Origin: Rickettsiales bacterium
GTDB taxonomy: Bacteria; Pseudomonadota; Alphaproteobacteria; Rickettsiales; JABIRX01
NCBI GenBank assembly: GCA_034111325.1
Contig: JAWUXM010000002.1
Span: forward strand, 13,228 to 77,227
DNA: 64,000 nucleotides
Direction of reading: 5' to 3'
This document shows positions 45,125 to 54,691 of this stretch, in pieces. Each line of letters begins with the position of its first letter. Position 1 is the first letter of the stretch. The position numbers and the translations under genes were made by a program. The notes under the pieces were generated by a model, which was not told the origin of the DNA, made no database searches, and worked only from the letters and a program-made list of their open reading frames with translations.

Positions 45125-46219
45125 ATGATGAAAGAATACGTGGAAGGAATATATTTTAATATGCCAGAGCAGGAATATCACTCGATCAAATATTTCAGCC
45201 GCTCATTTGCTGAAGAGATGTTAGTTGATGAGGGTGATGCGTGGGCGGTTGCGCCAGATAATCCAGAGCCTAAATTGCGTGAAGCAACGCCAGCAATGAA
45301 GCTAGGCACGGCTATTCATGCTATGATTCTAGAGCCAGTAAAATTTGCAACAACTTACAGAAGAGCTCTTTCTTACGACTCGTTTCCTGAGAAAATAATT
45401 CTTAATAAAAATGATGAGTTGGCAGGATTCTTGGCAAGTGTTGGTGAAAAAAAGACTGGTAAAAAGGAAGATCTTGTTGCGAGAGCTTTGCCATATGTCA
45501 ACCCAGAAACTCATGTGATATGGGATTGTGCAGAGAGAGAGTTTCAAGAAAGGGTTGAAAGCGAAAAGTTGGTGATTCTCTCCGACGCTGAAAGCGAAAC
45601 AGCAGCTGGCATGCTAGATTCTTACGAGCATTGCGAAAAAGTTCAGGAAATTTTTCAAGGCGGGCAAGCGGAAATAACGCTAATCTGGCAAGACGAATCA
45701 ACGGGGGTGATGTGTAAATGTCGCCTAGACTACGCTAGACCCGAGTCGATTGGTGAAGTGAAAACATTCGCAATGAAGCGCAAGAAAAACATGTATCAAG
45801 CCATGTGCGCCGAGATTGTCTACGAGCATTATAATATGCAGTTCTACGTATATCACGAAGCATTGCGAATATTAATAAACAAAGTGCGTGAAAACAAAGC
45901 CAAGGTGTTTGGTGAGGTTGATGCGAGCTGGCTCGAAGAATTTTTAGCCGTGAGCGACAAGCAACTTTTCATGGTGTTCATGCGCACCCAATCCCCGTAC
46001 CAAGTTAAAGCTATAGAAATGCAGAGGCGCCAATTCGATGGGGCGACTGAGAATAGTTACTACACAGAGGGGCAGAGGCTTTTTAGGTTTGCGCTTAATA
46101 AATATAAATTTTGCAAAGATACTCAAAAAGAAAAACCTTGGCGGAACAGAAGGGAGGTTGAGGTGCTAGTGGATGAGCATGTGCCAGCAATAATGTATCA
46201 AACTAACAATTATTTATAG
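45125..46219 (+). CDS. PD-(D/E)XK exonuclease (RecE/exonuclease VIII-like)
   Basis: 364 aa with YFNMPEQEYHS, LGTAIHAMILEP and CRLDY...IGEVKTF (D...E-x-K). Confidence 0.7.
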   Translation: MMKEYVEGIYFNMPEQEYHSIKYFSRSFAEEMLVDEGDAWAVAPDNPEPKLREATPAMKLGTAIHAMILEPVKFATTYRRALSYDSFPEKIILNKNDELAGFLASVGEKKTGKKEDLVARALPYVNPETHVIWDCAEREFQERVESEKLVILSDAESETAAGMLDSYEHCEKVQEIFQGGQAEITLIWQDESTGVMCKCRLDYARPESIGEVKTFAMKRKKNMYQAMCAEIVYEHYNMQFYVYHEALRILINKVRENKAKVFGEVDASWLEEFLAVSDKQLFMVFMRTQSPYQVKAIEMQRRQFDGATENSYYTEGQRLFRFALNKYKFCKDTQKEKPWRNRREVEVLVDEHVPAIMYQTNNYL

Positions 46220-46226
46220 GTAATTT

Positions 46227-47177
46227 ATGACATTCGAAATAGCAAAAAGAGAAGCAGTGCCGCTAATGGTGGCGCTGGCAGGAACGTCAGGGAGTGGAAA
46301 GACTTACTCCGCCTTACTTCTAGCGGCAGGAATCGCAGGAGAAGAAGGCAAGGTTGGTTTTATCGACACAGAGGCAGGTAGAGGCTCTATGTATGCAGAT
46401 GACCAAGCCATAATCGAAGCGATGCCAGGAGGTAAATATTATATTCAAAAACTAACTGAGCCATTCACACCGCAAAAATATGCAAATGCTATCAAAGAAG
46501 CGATTAAATTTGGCGTGGATGTTTTGGTGATAGATTCTGCAACTCATGAATGGGAAGGTTTCGGGGGTTGTCAAGATATCGCAGAGAATAATAAATTAGC
46601 AGGTATGCCAAATTGGGCGATGGCAAAAATGGCGCATAAACGACTAATGAATATGCTAACCCAATGCCCTATGCATGTAATATTTTGTTTGCGTGCAAGA
46701 GAGAAGAGCAAGCCAGTTAAAAACCCAAAGACTGGGAAGACAGAGATTGTGCAATGTGGTTTGCAGCCAATTCAAGAGAAAAATTTCATGTACGAGATGA
46801 CATTATCCTTGCTGCTTGACGCTGAAAAAGCGGGTAAGCCAGATTTAACAAAATGCCCAAAACCTCTTTTACCTCTCTTTTCCTCCGGAACTTTAGTCAC
46901 TAAGGAGATGGGCAGGAAGCTTCGTGAATGGTCAGCGGGCGGCGAGTCCGTAGATATGCAGCTCCGCAACCTCAAGAGAGAGTGTAGAGAGGCGGCGACC
47001 TTTGGCTCTGATGCTTTAGCGACATTCTACAGAAACCAGCCACAAGAAAACAAGGCAATACTCGCTAAAATGACAGATCAAGCTTTTCAAGATGAGGTCA
47101 GGGCGTTAGCTGCCGAATCTGATGGAATGCCCACAGAAGAAGCGCACTCCAATAAATTATTTAAAACATCTTTATAG
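46227..47177 (+). CDS. AAA_24 / Sak4-like RecA-fold ATPase (ssDNA annealing/recombination)
   Basis: 316 aa with VALAGTSGSGKTYSA (Walker A), FIDTEAGRG and VLVIDS (Walker B). Confidence 0.65.
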   Translation: MTFEIAKREAVPLMVALAGTSGSGKTYSALLLAAGIAGEEGKVGFIDTEAGRGSMYADDQAIIEAMPGGKYYIQKLTEPFTPQKYANAIKEAIKFGVDVLVIDSATHEWEGFGGCQDIAENNKLAGMPNWAMAKMAHKRLMNMLTQCPMHVIFCLRAREKSKPVKNPKTGKTEIVQCGLQPIQEKNFMYEMTLSLLLDAEKAGKPDLTKCPKPLLPLFSSGTLVTKEMGRKLREWSAGGESVDMQLRNLKRECREAATFGSDALATFYRNQPQENKAILAKMTDQAFQDEVRALAAESDGMPTEEAHSNKLFKTSL

Positions 47178-47184
47178 GTAAAAC

Positions 47185-48324
47185 ATGAGAAACGAACTGA
47201 TAATACCGCAAGACCTTAACCCTACCGTGATATTCTCAAAGCCAGAAAAGGTTGATGCCATTTTGCAGCAAATTGAAGAGGCTGTTAAAAACTTTACGAG
47301 CGATATATCAACTCCACAAGGAAGGGATGCTATAAAATCCATGGCTTACAAAATATCCCGCTCAAAAACCACGCTGGATGAGATGGGTAAGGGCTTAGTG
47401 TTAGATTGGAAAGCACAAGCCAAGCTTGTTGACAATGAGCGATCACGGATAAGGGGGAGGCTTGATGAATTAAAAGAACAGGTTCGGCAGCCACTAACTG
47501 ATTTTGAAAATGCAGAGAAAGAGCGCATCCAAATTAGGCAGGATAGAATTTGTGAAATTGAATCTTTATGCAACTTTGCAGGTGATGACTTTCATCACTC
47601 ACAATTTTATAAAGACACAATCGTCGAAGTAAACTTCCTAAAAGAGTTTGACTGGCAAGAATTCGATTTTAAAGCAAAGTCGACAGCTAATGAGTGCTTA
47701 GAGCTTTTGAACAAAAGAATAAAGATTGCTCTTGGGCGAGAAGCGGAACAAGTCGAGCTAGAGAAACACCGCAAAGAAAAGGCGGAAAGAGTGCAAAAAG
47801 AGCGGGAAGAGCGCATTGCTCAAGAAGCGACAGAGCGTGCCAAAAAAGAAGCCGAAGAAATGGCGGAGCTAGAGAAGCGTAAATCGGAAGAGAGGGAAAA
47901 GCGCATACAGGAGGAAAAGGCTGATGCTGAAAAAAGAGCCGCTGAATCCGAGCGTTTAAGAGTTGAGCAAGAAGAGGCGGCAGAGCGATGCAGAATCGAA
48001 GCAGAAGCCAAAGCTAAGGAGTTTGCCAAAATTGCTGCTGAGAAAGCCGCTAAGTGCGAGCGTTTAAGAATTGAAGGCGAAAAGCAAGCGGAAGAAAAGG
48101 CTAAAAGCGAAATTGACCGCTTGGCTGATGATAAATTCAGTCTAAGTGCTAAAGTTAAAAACGCAGGGACTTCTTGGAGCGACCACGGAAAGCTAGAAAT
48201 ATATAATCCAGAGCAAGCGATGCAAGACGCAATTGCAGCTCTACATACCAAAGAAGGTGATTACGTCAGTCGCAGGGATGAAGCAACTAGGATACTGGAA
48301 GACGCAATTAATCAAATTAAATGA
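47185..48324 (+). CDS. Coiled-coil protein, DUF1351-like N-terminus, E/K/A-rich centre
   Basis: 379 aa with a long low-complexity EKAERVQKEREERIAQEATERAKKEAEE stretch. The antisense ORFs here are shadows of this bias. Confidence 0.5.
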   Translation: MRNELIIPQDLNPTVIFSKPEKVDAILQQIEEAVKNFTSDISTPQGRDAIKSMAYKISRSKTTLDEMGKGLVLDWKAQAKLVDNERSRIRGRLDELKEQVRQPLTDFENAEKERIQIRQDRICEIESLCNFAGDDFHHSQFYKDTIVEVNFLKEFDWQEFDFKAKSTANECLELLNKRIKIALGREAEQVELEKHRKEKAERVQKEREERIAQEATERAKKEAEEMAELEKRKSEEREKRIQEEKADAEKRAAESERLRVEQEEAAERCRIEAEAKAKEFAKIAAEKAAKCERLRIEGEKQAEEKAKSEIDRLADDKFSLSAKVKNAGTSWSDHGKLEIYNPEQAMQDAIAALHTKEGDYVSRRDEATRILEDAINQIK

Positions 48325-48335
48325 ATAGGTAAAAT

Positions 48336-48545
48336 ATGAAAATAAAATGGATTAACCCAAAGACCGTGCTACCGAAAATTAACCAAAGAGTTTTATTTAA
48401 GACAAAAGTCTTGCATACGGAAATGGTTCGTGTCGCTAAGTTTGAAGATGATGGCTTTAGAGACTTAGAGGTAACGGGCGGTGTACATGATGCGAATAGC
48501 GTCTGGGGCTGGATTCCCTTTGATGATACTGAGGAGAGGGCGTAA
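48336..48545 (+). CDS. Small phage protein (second DUF551-like?)
   Basis: 69 aa with W.NPKTVLP...RVLF...VWGWIPF. Only a weak resemblance to DUF551. Confidence 0.4.
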   Translation: MKIKWINPKTVLPKINQRVLFKTKVLHTEMVRVAKFEDDGFRDLEVTGGVHDANSVWGWIPFDDTEERA

Positions 48546-48546
48546 A

Positions 48547-48792
48547 ATGAAAGCGCAAACAATCCAACCTATAGTTCTCAATAAAAAGCAAGTTTCTTAC
48601 CTGCTCAACATGAATATAAAAACATTTGATGCACCCAAAATGCAGGATTTTTTAACCAAAAAGAAATTTCCATGTCAAATTCCAAACATTGGTTGGGCGA
48701 TAAAAGATGTTGAAGATTGGATTGAGAGTATAAATCCAAATCGCAATACAAATAAGAACTCTACAAATTGGGATGATGTCTTTGAAAATTAG
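48547..48792 (+). CDS. xis: Excisionase / AlpA-like DNA-binding protein
   Basis: 81 aa from the ATG at 48547 (GGAGAGG upstream): MKAQTIQPIVLNKKQVSYLLNMNIKTF...FPCQIPNIGWAIKDVEDWI. Directly upstream of int and overlapping its start. Confidence 0.55.
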   Translation: MKAQTIQPIVLNKKQVSYLLNMNIKTFDAPKMQDFLTKKKFPCQIPNIGWAIKDVEDWIESINPNRNTNKNSTNWDDVFEN

Positions 48793-49900
48793 ATACTTGG
48801 TTGCAATCAAGAGTAATTATTACTGGCAGCCAAACAAAGCTTTGCGAGATCTTGGCTTTAATGTCGCCCCACTCGGTAAAGACAAAATAGAAGCCATAAC
48901 AAAAGCAGAGGGGTTTAATGAGGGCGTGGATTGTTACCGCCGCACTGGGGAGTTACCAAAAACAATAACGGGGGAAAAGCTGCATTATGGCAGCATCCAT
49001 CACGTCATAGAGCTTTATTTTAAATCACGTAACTATCTTGAGCTTAGGGAAATCACACGGCAAGGCTATAAAACTTATTTGCGAAGGATAGAAGAAAGGT
49101 TTGGCGACAAGTCGATAAGCTCAATTAATAAAACCATAGCCCACAAAATATACGAACAAGAATTAAATAAATATAACCAGCCAAGAAGAGCCGAAGATCT
49201 GGTGAAAGTATTTAGCAATCTTGTGAATTGCGCAAAAATTGAAGGTTTGTTTAATCACCCCTCAACAAAGCTAGAAATGGAAAATCCTTTTAGAGATTTG
49301 CGAAAAAAAAGAAATAAGCCCCGCACACAAATGTGGGGAGATAAGGAGGTTGAGCAATTATTGCGCAATTGTGCAGAGAGAAACTTTCGTGGAGTACATA
49401 AGGCAACGACAATTGCAATTTGGACAGCGCAGCGCCAAACGGATATTTTAAGCATGAAGTGGTCAAATTATGATGGCGAATATATCACTATCAAACAATC
49501 AAAAACTGGCAAGAAAGTTAGTATTCCAGTCCATAAATTGCCGCCACTAAAGAAATATTTAGACACCTTGTGTAGAGATGAGTCTAATCCCGAGTATATA
49601 GTTTCCTACTGGAATTGGAAAACAAAGACGTTTGAAAGCTACACAAAAGATTTGTTCGTGAAGCACTTCGCATTGACGAAGAGTGGAATTGATTTGCAGT
49701 TTAAAGACTTTAGAAGAACGGCAATTACAAATTTAGCAGCCGCTGGTTGCACCGTGCCAGAAATTGCCAGCATGTCGGGGCATAGCCACACATCTATTCA
49801 AAAAATGCTAGACACTTATATATCAGAAAACTCAAAGATCTCTGATCAAGCTGCTACAAAACTAATGAAGTCTTATGACGCTAAAAATATAAAAGTCTGA
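48773..49900 (+). CDS. int: Tyrosine recombinase (phage integrase)
   Basis: 375 aa with WTAQRQTDIL (Arg I), FKDFRRTAITNLA and SGHSHTSIQKMLDTYI (His/Tyr region). Located 80 nt from attR. Confidence 0.88.
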   Translation: MMSLKIRYLVAIKSNYYWQPNKALRDLGFNVAPLGKDKIEAITKAEGFNEGVDCYRRTGELPKTITGEKLHYGSIHHVIELYFKSRNYLELREITRQGYKTYLRRIEERFGDKSISSINKTIAHKIYEQELNKYNQPRRAEDLVKVFSNLVNCAKIEGLFNHPSTKLEMENPFRDLRKKRNKPRTQMWGDKEVEQLLRNCAERNFRGVHKATTIAIWTAQRQTDILSMKWSNYDGEYITIKQSKTGKKVSIPVHKLPPLKKYLDTLCRDESNPEYIVSYWNWKTKTFESYTKDLFVKHFALTKSGIDLQFKDFRRTAITNLAAAGCTVPEIASMSGHSHTSIQKMLDTYISENSKISDQAATKLMKSYDAKNIKV

Positions 49901-49926
49901 ACTTATGCTTTATAAAAGTCTGAACT
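49888..49926 (+). promoter_or_regulatory. Two direct copies of tataaaagtctgaact (23-bp period) between int and attR; candidate arm-type sites
   Basis: Copies at 49888-49903 and 49911-49926 read directly from the sequence. They share the AAAGTCTGAA core with the attL-proximal inverted repeat. Confidence 0.5.
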
Positions 49927-49979
49927 CAATTGTAAAGAATAGTAGCACTTGCTCCAAAAGCCCCAGTTTTCTAGGCTTT

Positions 49980-50059
<80 letters not shown>

Positions 50060-50065
50060 TCTAAA

Positions 50066-50128
50066 ATCTAATTTTTTTGCATGCTTTTTAACAGATAACC
50101 TGCGTTCATTTCGGCTCGTGTATGAAGA
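50066..50128. repeat. Dispersed intergenic repeat, copy A (upstream of tRNA-Ile)
   Basis: aatctaatttttttgcatgcttttta...gtgtatgaag aligns with 60336-60396. The core atttttttgc is identical and overall identity is about 60%. Confidence 0.5.
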
Positions 50129-50409
50129 ATACACTTCGCTCACTCACACAGAACATCTATCAAAAAATCAAAGCAAAATTTATTAGATTTTCCTCAATTC
50201 TAATTTTTGCCATTGTAACAAAAATCATCGCAAAATCTTCCAAATTTCTTCATTTACTGCATGATTCTTTTAAAGGATTTGAGAAGGTAAATCTTTCATA
50301 TCCTTTGAAAGGGAAGAGAGTGTATAGTTACTGCGCTTCTTTTTGTCAAATTATACTATTTACTTTTTGTAAATTCTCTATAATTTGGCTCTCTTCATAA
50401 ATTTTAATC

Positions 50410-51009
50410 ATGATACACATGCGCAGCTTTATAAAATCATTTATTGTTTTCTCTTTATTAATCGCTGGTTTAACCAACTGTACTAGCCTTAGCCCGAAAG
50501 AACAAAAACTCGAAGAATCTAACCTTGGCAACTTGCCAGCATGGGTTTTAGACCCTTCAATGGAAGGCATGATTGCTGCTGTCGGTATAGCACCTAAAAG
50601 CCGCGGGGGGATTCAATTTCAAATTCCTAAAGCCGAAGCTGATGCGCGCGCAAACATCGCCGCACAAATTAACACAGAAGTTTCAAGGCTTACCAAAAGC
50701 GCTCTGCGTGAGTCGAAGATCAATGACGTTAACGATATTGAAGATGTCTTTACTCAAGCCACTAAAAATGTCGTAAAGAAAATCAACCTCCTTGGCGCAA
50801 GACGCGTTAATATCTTCAAAGACCCTGAAGATGGCACTTTATTCGTCCATATGGCGCTTGATAGCGAAATGGTTGCGAATTTCTTTGAACTCAATAAAGA
50901 TTTGTACAAAAACCAAATCGCAAATAGCAAGCTTGCCCGTGAGAATATTGACCAAGCTGAACAAGCGGTTGACCATCTTTTCAAAGAACTTAACTCTGAG
51001 CTAAAATAA
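50410..51009 (+). CDS. LPP20-like lipoprotein
   Basis: 199 aa. Signal peptide plus lipobox (AGLTNC). AAVGIAP...AEADARANIAAQINTEVS resembles the LPP20 family. Confidence 0.6.
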   Translation: MIHMRSFIKSFIVFSLLIAGLTNCTSLSPKEQKLEESNLGNLPAWVLDPSMEGMIAAVGIAPKSRGGIQFQIPKAEADARANIAAQINTEVSRLTKSALRESKINDVNDIEDVFTQATKNVVKKINLLGARRVNIFKDPEDGTLFVHMALDSEMVANFFELNKDLYKNQIANSKLARENIDQAEQAVDHLFKELNSELK

Positions 51010-51010
51010 A

Positions 51011-51172
51011 ATGAAGTTTGTTTCTGTTTTTATCATTACATTAATAGCTCTAACATCTTGCCAAAGCTCCTTTGATAAGAAAGTAGAACGCGAAATCAAA
51101 AAACGTGAGGATGCGCGCAGCCGCAGCAAGGCTGACGAGATGTTTAAAGATCTTGATAAAGAGTTAAAATAG
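51011..51172 (+). CDS. Small lipoprotein (53 aa, unannotated in the track)
   Basis: Manual translation gives MKFVSVFIITLIALTSCQSSFDKKVEREIKKREDARSRSKADEMFKDLDKELK, with lipobox LTSC. Starts 2 nt after the previous stop. Confidence 0.5.
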   Translation: MKFVSVFIITLIALTSCQSSFDKKVEREIKKREDARSRSKADEMFKDLDKELK

Positions 51173-51173
51173 C

Positions 51174-51356
51174 ATGAAAAAGGGGGGATTGCTAATTTTA
51201 TTATTTTTATGCTCTTGCACGCATAATTATCACACTGCAAGTTTAAAGGGTGATTACTATACCATCTCTGACGAAGGAGTTATGCAAATCCCGCAAGAGA
51301 ATTTCATCAATAGCAAGGAGTTAATTAAAGAATTATTAGTTAGAGATAATATTTAA
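51174..51356 (+). CDS. Small lipoprotein
   Basis: 60 aa with MKKGGLLILLFLCSC (lipobox). Confidence 0.5.
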   Translation: MKKGGLLILLFLCSCTHNYHTASLKGDYYTISDEGVMQIPQENFINSKELIKELLVRDNI

Positions 51357-52455
51357 ATGAAAGCAGAAACTGAACAAACCGTAAAGAATATAGAGAAATC
51401 CCTCACCCTCTTGCGAGGTTATCTTTGACCCGGATCAACTCAATACTCGCCTAGCAGAATTAGAAAAGTTATCTTTAGATCCAGAATTGTGGGATGACCC
51501 TAAAAAGGCTGAACCTATCCTGCGTGAAAAATCTCAATTATCCGCCAAAATCACAAGATTTGAAAACCTCAATAATGGCTTGCAGGACAATATTGATTTA
51601 ATCGAACTTGCTGAATCTGAGAATGACACCACATCCCTAAAAGAAGCTGAGGATGCTCTAGAGGAAATCTGGCGTGATACGCAATTATTTGAGATCGAAG
51701 CATTGTTCTCTGGCGAGGCTGACGGCAATAATTGCTTCCTTGAAATAAATTCTGGTGCTGGCGGCACAGAAAGCCAAGATTGGGCAGAAATGTTACTGCG
51801 TATGTATTTGCGTTGGGCAGAAAAACATCAATTTAAAACTGAAATTCTAGCCCAGCAAGAAGGCGAAGAAGCAGGGGTCAAATCTGTTACGTTAAAAATC
51901 AACGGTGTTAATGCCTATGGCTGGCTAAAAGTCGAAAGTGGCGTGCATCGCCTTGTGCGCATTTCACCTTTTAACAGCGGCGGCAAACGCATGACAAGCT
52001 TCGCATCGGTTTGGACATATCCTGAAGTGGATGATAATATTAACATTACCATCGATGATAAGGATTTACGAGTTGATACATATCGCGCTTCTGGTGCTGG
52101 TGGGCAACATGTAAACAAGACTGATTCTGCGATTCGCCTAACACATTTACCCACTAATGTTGTCGTACAGTGCCAAAATAGCCGCTCACAACACCGAAAT
52201 CGCGATGAGGCTATGAAGATGTTAAAATCTCGCCTTTATGAGTTAGAGCTGCGTAAAAAAACCGAGAAGCTTGCCGAGACAAATGCTAGCAAGACCGAAA
52301 TCGGCTGGGGGCATCAAATCCGCTCTTATGTTCTACAGCCTTATCAAATGGTTAAGGATTTACGCACCGAATTTGAAACTTCAAATATTAATGCTGTGCT
52401 AGATGGTGATTTAGATGGGTTCCTCTCGGCTGCATTGTCGCAAAAAATTATGTAA
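51357..52455 (+). CDS. prfB: Peptide chain release factor 2, requires a programmed +1 frameshift at CTT TGA C (51423-51429)
   Basis: Frame 0 reads MKAETEQTVKNIEKSLTLLRGYL, then TGA at 51426. The +1 frame continues DPDQLNTRLAELEKLSLDPELWDDP... into the track ORF 51487..52455. SPF and GGQ motifs are present (RISPFNS, SGAGGQHVN). A GAGG lies 4 nt upstream of the CTT codon. Confidence 0.9.
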
Positions 52456-52459
52456 TATC

Positions 52460-53125
52460 TTACATTTGCATTCCTGTACGCTTACTATGACTGAGTTGTC
52501 GTAACGCATGTACATGCGTACCTTGCTCTGTTAAGTGAGAATCCAATAAGCTAATTATCTCTTTGATATTAGCAGTATCCTCAACTAATTGAGTCTGCGC
52601 AAGAGATCGGGCTGTCTTACCCGCATTATTCTTTAACCCCGCATCCGCTCCACAATCCAAAAATAACTTTACCATTGCCAAATCTTGGTAAAATGCAGCT
52701 TTCATCAAAGCTGTACTACCCTTATCATCCCTTATACCAACTCCTTCACAAAAACCTGCAAAGAATTTTAATAAAAAACGAGAGCACGATTCTTGATTTG
52801 AGAAGAGTTTGTTAACTTTTTCTTTTTTCACAAGATCATCAAAAAAACCTCGCGATTTAGAATCTTTCTTTGGCACGCTTAATACCAACATTTTAGAAAA
52901 ACCAGCAAATTGTGACTCAGAAACTTTACCTTCAGGTAATTCATAATTCTCAAGAATAAAAGTCTCAAACTTTCCTTTTATCTGATTACGAATATCTGTT
53001 AACAAAGGCTGGCAAATTCCATGATATCTCTTACTTATCAAGGCAAAGCTGGCAAGATCCTTTAATGAAAGAGAAGGTGCTATTTGTGTGATGCTTATAT
53101 CTTCTGGAACATTGCTAAATTTCAT
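52460..53125 (-). CDS. F-box-like plus ankyrin-repeat protein (eukaryote-like effector candidate)
   Basis: 221 aa. N-terminus VPEDISITQIAPSLSLKDLASFALISKRYHGICQPLL is F-box-like. aa ~135-200 read GSTALMKAAFYQDLAMVKLFLDCGADAGLKNNAGKTARSLA (ANK). Confidence 0.6.
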   Translation of the reverse strand: MKFSNVPEDISITQIAPSLSLKDLASFALISKRYHGICQPLLTDIRNQIKGKFETFILENYELPEGKVSESQFAGFSKMLVLSVPKKDSKSRGFFDDLVKKEKVNKLFSNQESCSRFLLKFFAGFCEGVGIRDDKGSTALMKAAFYQDLAMVKLFLDCGADAGLKNNAGKTARSLAQTQLVEDTANIKEIISLLDSHLTEQGTHVHALRQLSHSKRTGMQM

Positions 53126-53188
53126 ATAATTTATTTACTACTATAGGTTGTACCTATAATAGCATAAAATTAGCCTCGTCGCAAGCGG

Positions 53189-53821
53189 TTATTTTAGCAA
53201 TGTTTTAACAAATTCTGGAAGTTGAATTTGGCGAGTGCGTTTTTGTTTTTCTGCTGAAATTATTTCCCTAATGCGAGCCAATGATTCATTCAAATCATCA
53301 TTGATGATTACATAATCATATTCATTAAAATGACTGATTTCGCTTTTTGCCTTGGTCATTCTCTGTTGAACGACCTCTTCACTATCTAAGCCCCGATTAT
53401 GCAGACGGCGGTTTAGCTCTTCCATAGAGGGCGGCAGGATAAAAATAGTCACGACGTTATTTTGCTCCTTGGAAATTAACTGTCTTGCACCTTGCCAATC
53501 AATATCAAATAAGACGTTTTTGCCTTTTTTTAACACTTCTTGCACAGGTTTTTTTGGTGTGCCATAATAATTGGTGAAAACGGTTGCATGTTCTAGAAAT
53601 TCGTCGCTTCTAACCATTGCTGCAAATTCCGCATGGCTAATAAAGTGATAATCCTTCCCATCCTCCTCATTGGTACGTTTTGAACGAGTCGTAGCGGAGA
53701 CGGATAAAACCAGCGAATCATCAGTTTCCAATAATTTACGCGTTAATGTTGTCTTCCCTGCGCCAGAAGGCGAAGATAAGATTAACATAAAACCATTATT
53801 ATTTATTTTGCTATTATCCAT
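53189..53821 (-). CDS. gmk: Guanylate kinase
   Basis: 210 aa with SSPSGAGKTTL (P-loop), SATTR and YYGTPK. Confidence 0.92.
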   Translation of the reverse strand: MDNSKINNNGFMLILSSPSGAGKTTLTRKLLETDDSLVLSVSATTRSKRTNEEDGKDYHFISHAEFAAMVRSDEFLEHATVFTNYYGTPKKPVQEVLKKGKNVLFDIDWQGARQLISKEQNNVVTIFILPPSMEELNRRLHNRGLDSEEVVQQRMTKAKSEISHFNEYDYVIINDDLNESLARIREIISAEKQKRTRQIQLPEFVKTLLK

Positions 53822-53866
53822 ACCCGTTGTTAAAATTTGTCGCTCACTATATTTACAAAACTAGAT

Positions 53867-54619
53867 ATGACAACAATTTTAATCAGCGGCGCTAGCAGCG
53901 GGATTGGCAAAGCACTTGCCGAAAATTATGCCTGCAAAGAAAATACACTGCTTCTCTTTGGTAGAGATAAAACTCGCTTAGCAGAAATCACCGCTTTATG
54001 TAAAAAACGTGGAGCAAAAACTATCTCTGTGGCGATTAATGTCTGCGAACAAAAAACAATCGCCGCAAAACTGTTTGAGCTGGATAAAAAATATCCGATA
54101 GATTTGGTAATCGCCAATGCAGGAATATCTGCTGGTAGTGGCAGTGCTGGCGAAGGCGACGAGAAAGCAGGCCGAATTATGGATGTAAATGTGAACGGCG
54201 TTCTAAATATTATTTATCCGCTGATTCCGCTAATGCAAAAGCGTCAAAAAGGGCAAATTGCAATTATGAGCTCTATTGCCTCACTACATTCCCTGCCATC
54301 TGCACCTGCCTATTCGGCAAGTAAAGTATGCGTAAGGTTTTTTGGCGAAGCTTTACGAGCAAAGCTAAAAAAAGATAATATCAAGGTAAATGTAATCTGC
54401 CCCGGCTATGTTAAAACACCAATGACTGCATTTAATAAGTTCCCCATGCCCTTTATCGTAACGGCTGAGAAAGCCGCCCAAATCATCGTGCGAGGCTTAG
54501 ATAAAAACAAAGCGCGCATAGCCTTTCCAAAAATTATGTACTTTGCCTTATGGCTAATTAACGTCTTGCCATTATGGCTCACCGACCCTATTTTCGAGAA
54601 ATTACCAGATAAGGAGTAA
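53867..54619 (+). CDS. Short-chain dehydrogenase/reductase (SDR)
   Basis: ISGASSGIGKALA (TGxxxGxG-type), NAG and YSASK catalytic motifs. ATG at 53867 is preferred over the track's TTG at 53837. Confidence 0.85.
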   Translation: MTTILISGASSGIGKALAENYACKENTLLLFGRDKTRLAEITALCKKRGAKTISVAINVCEQKTIAAKLFELDKKYPIDLVIANAGISAGSGSAGEGDEKAGRIMDVNVNGVLNIIYPLIPLMQKRQKGQIAIMSSIASLHSLPSAPAYSASKVCVRFFGEALRAKLKKDNIKVNVICPGYVKTPMTAFNKFPMPFIVTAEKAAQIIVRGLDKNKARIAFPKIMYFALWLINVLPLWLTDPIFEKLPDKE

Positions 54620-54691
54620 TGACTGAGGGGAGTTTTAAGGCTCCAAACCTAAGTATCTTTTTTATCTGACCACAATGCTTGGCAACAAAGA

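Noticed and set aside
50122-50400. 92-aa ORF (and 60391..60618, 75 aa), both starting at ...gtatgaag
   Set aside because: Both start codons lie inside copies of the dispersed intergenic repeat. The 60391 ORF is antisense to ruvC. They are likely non-coding.
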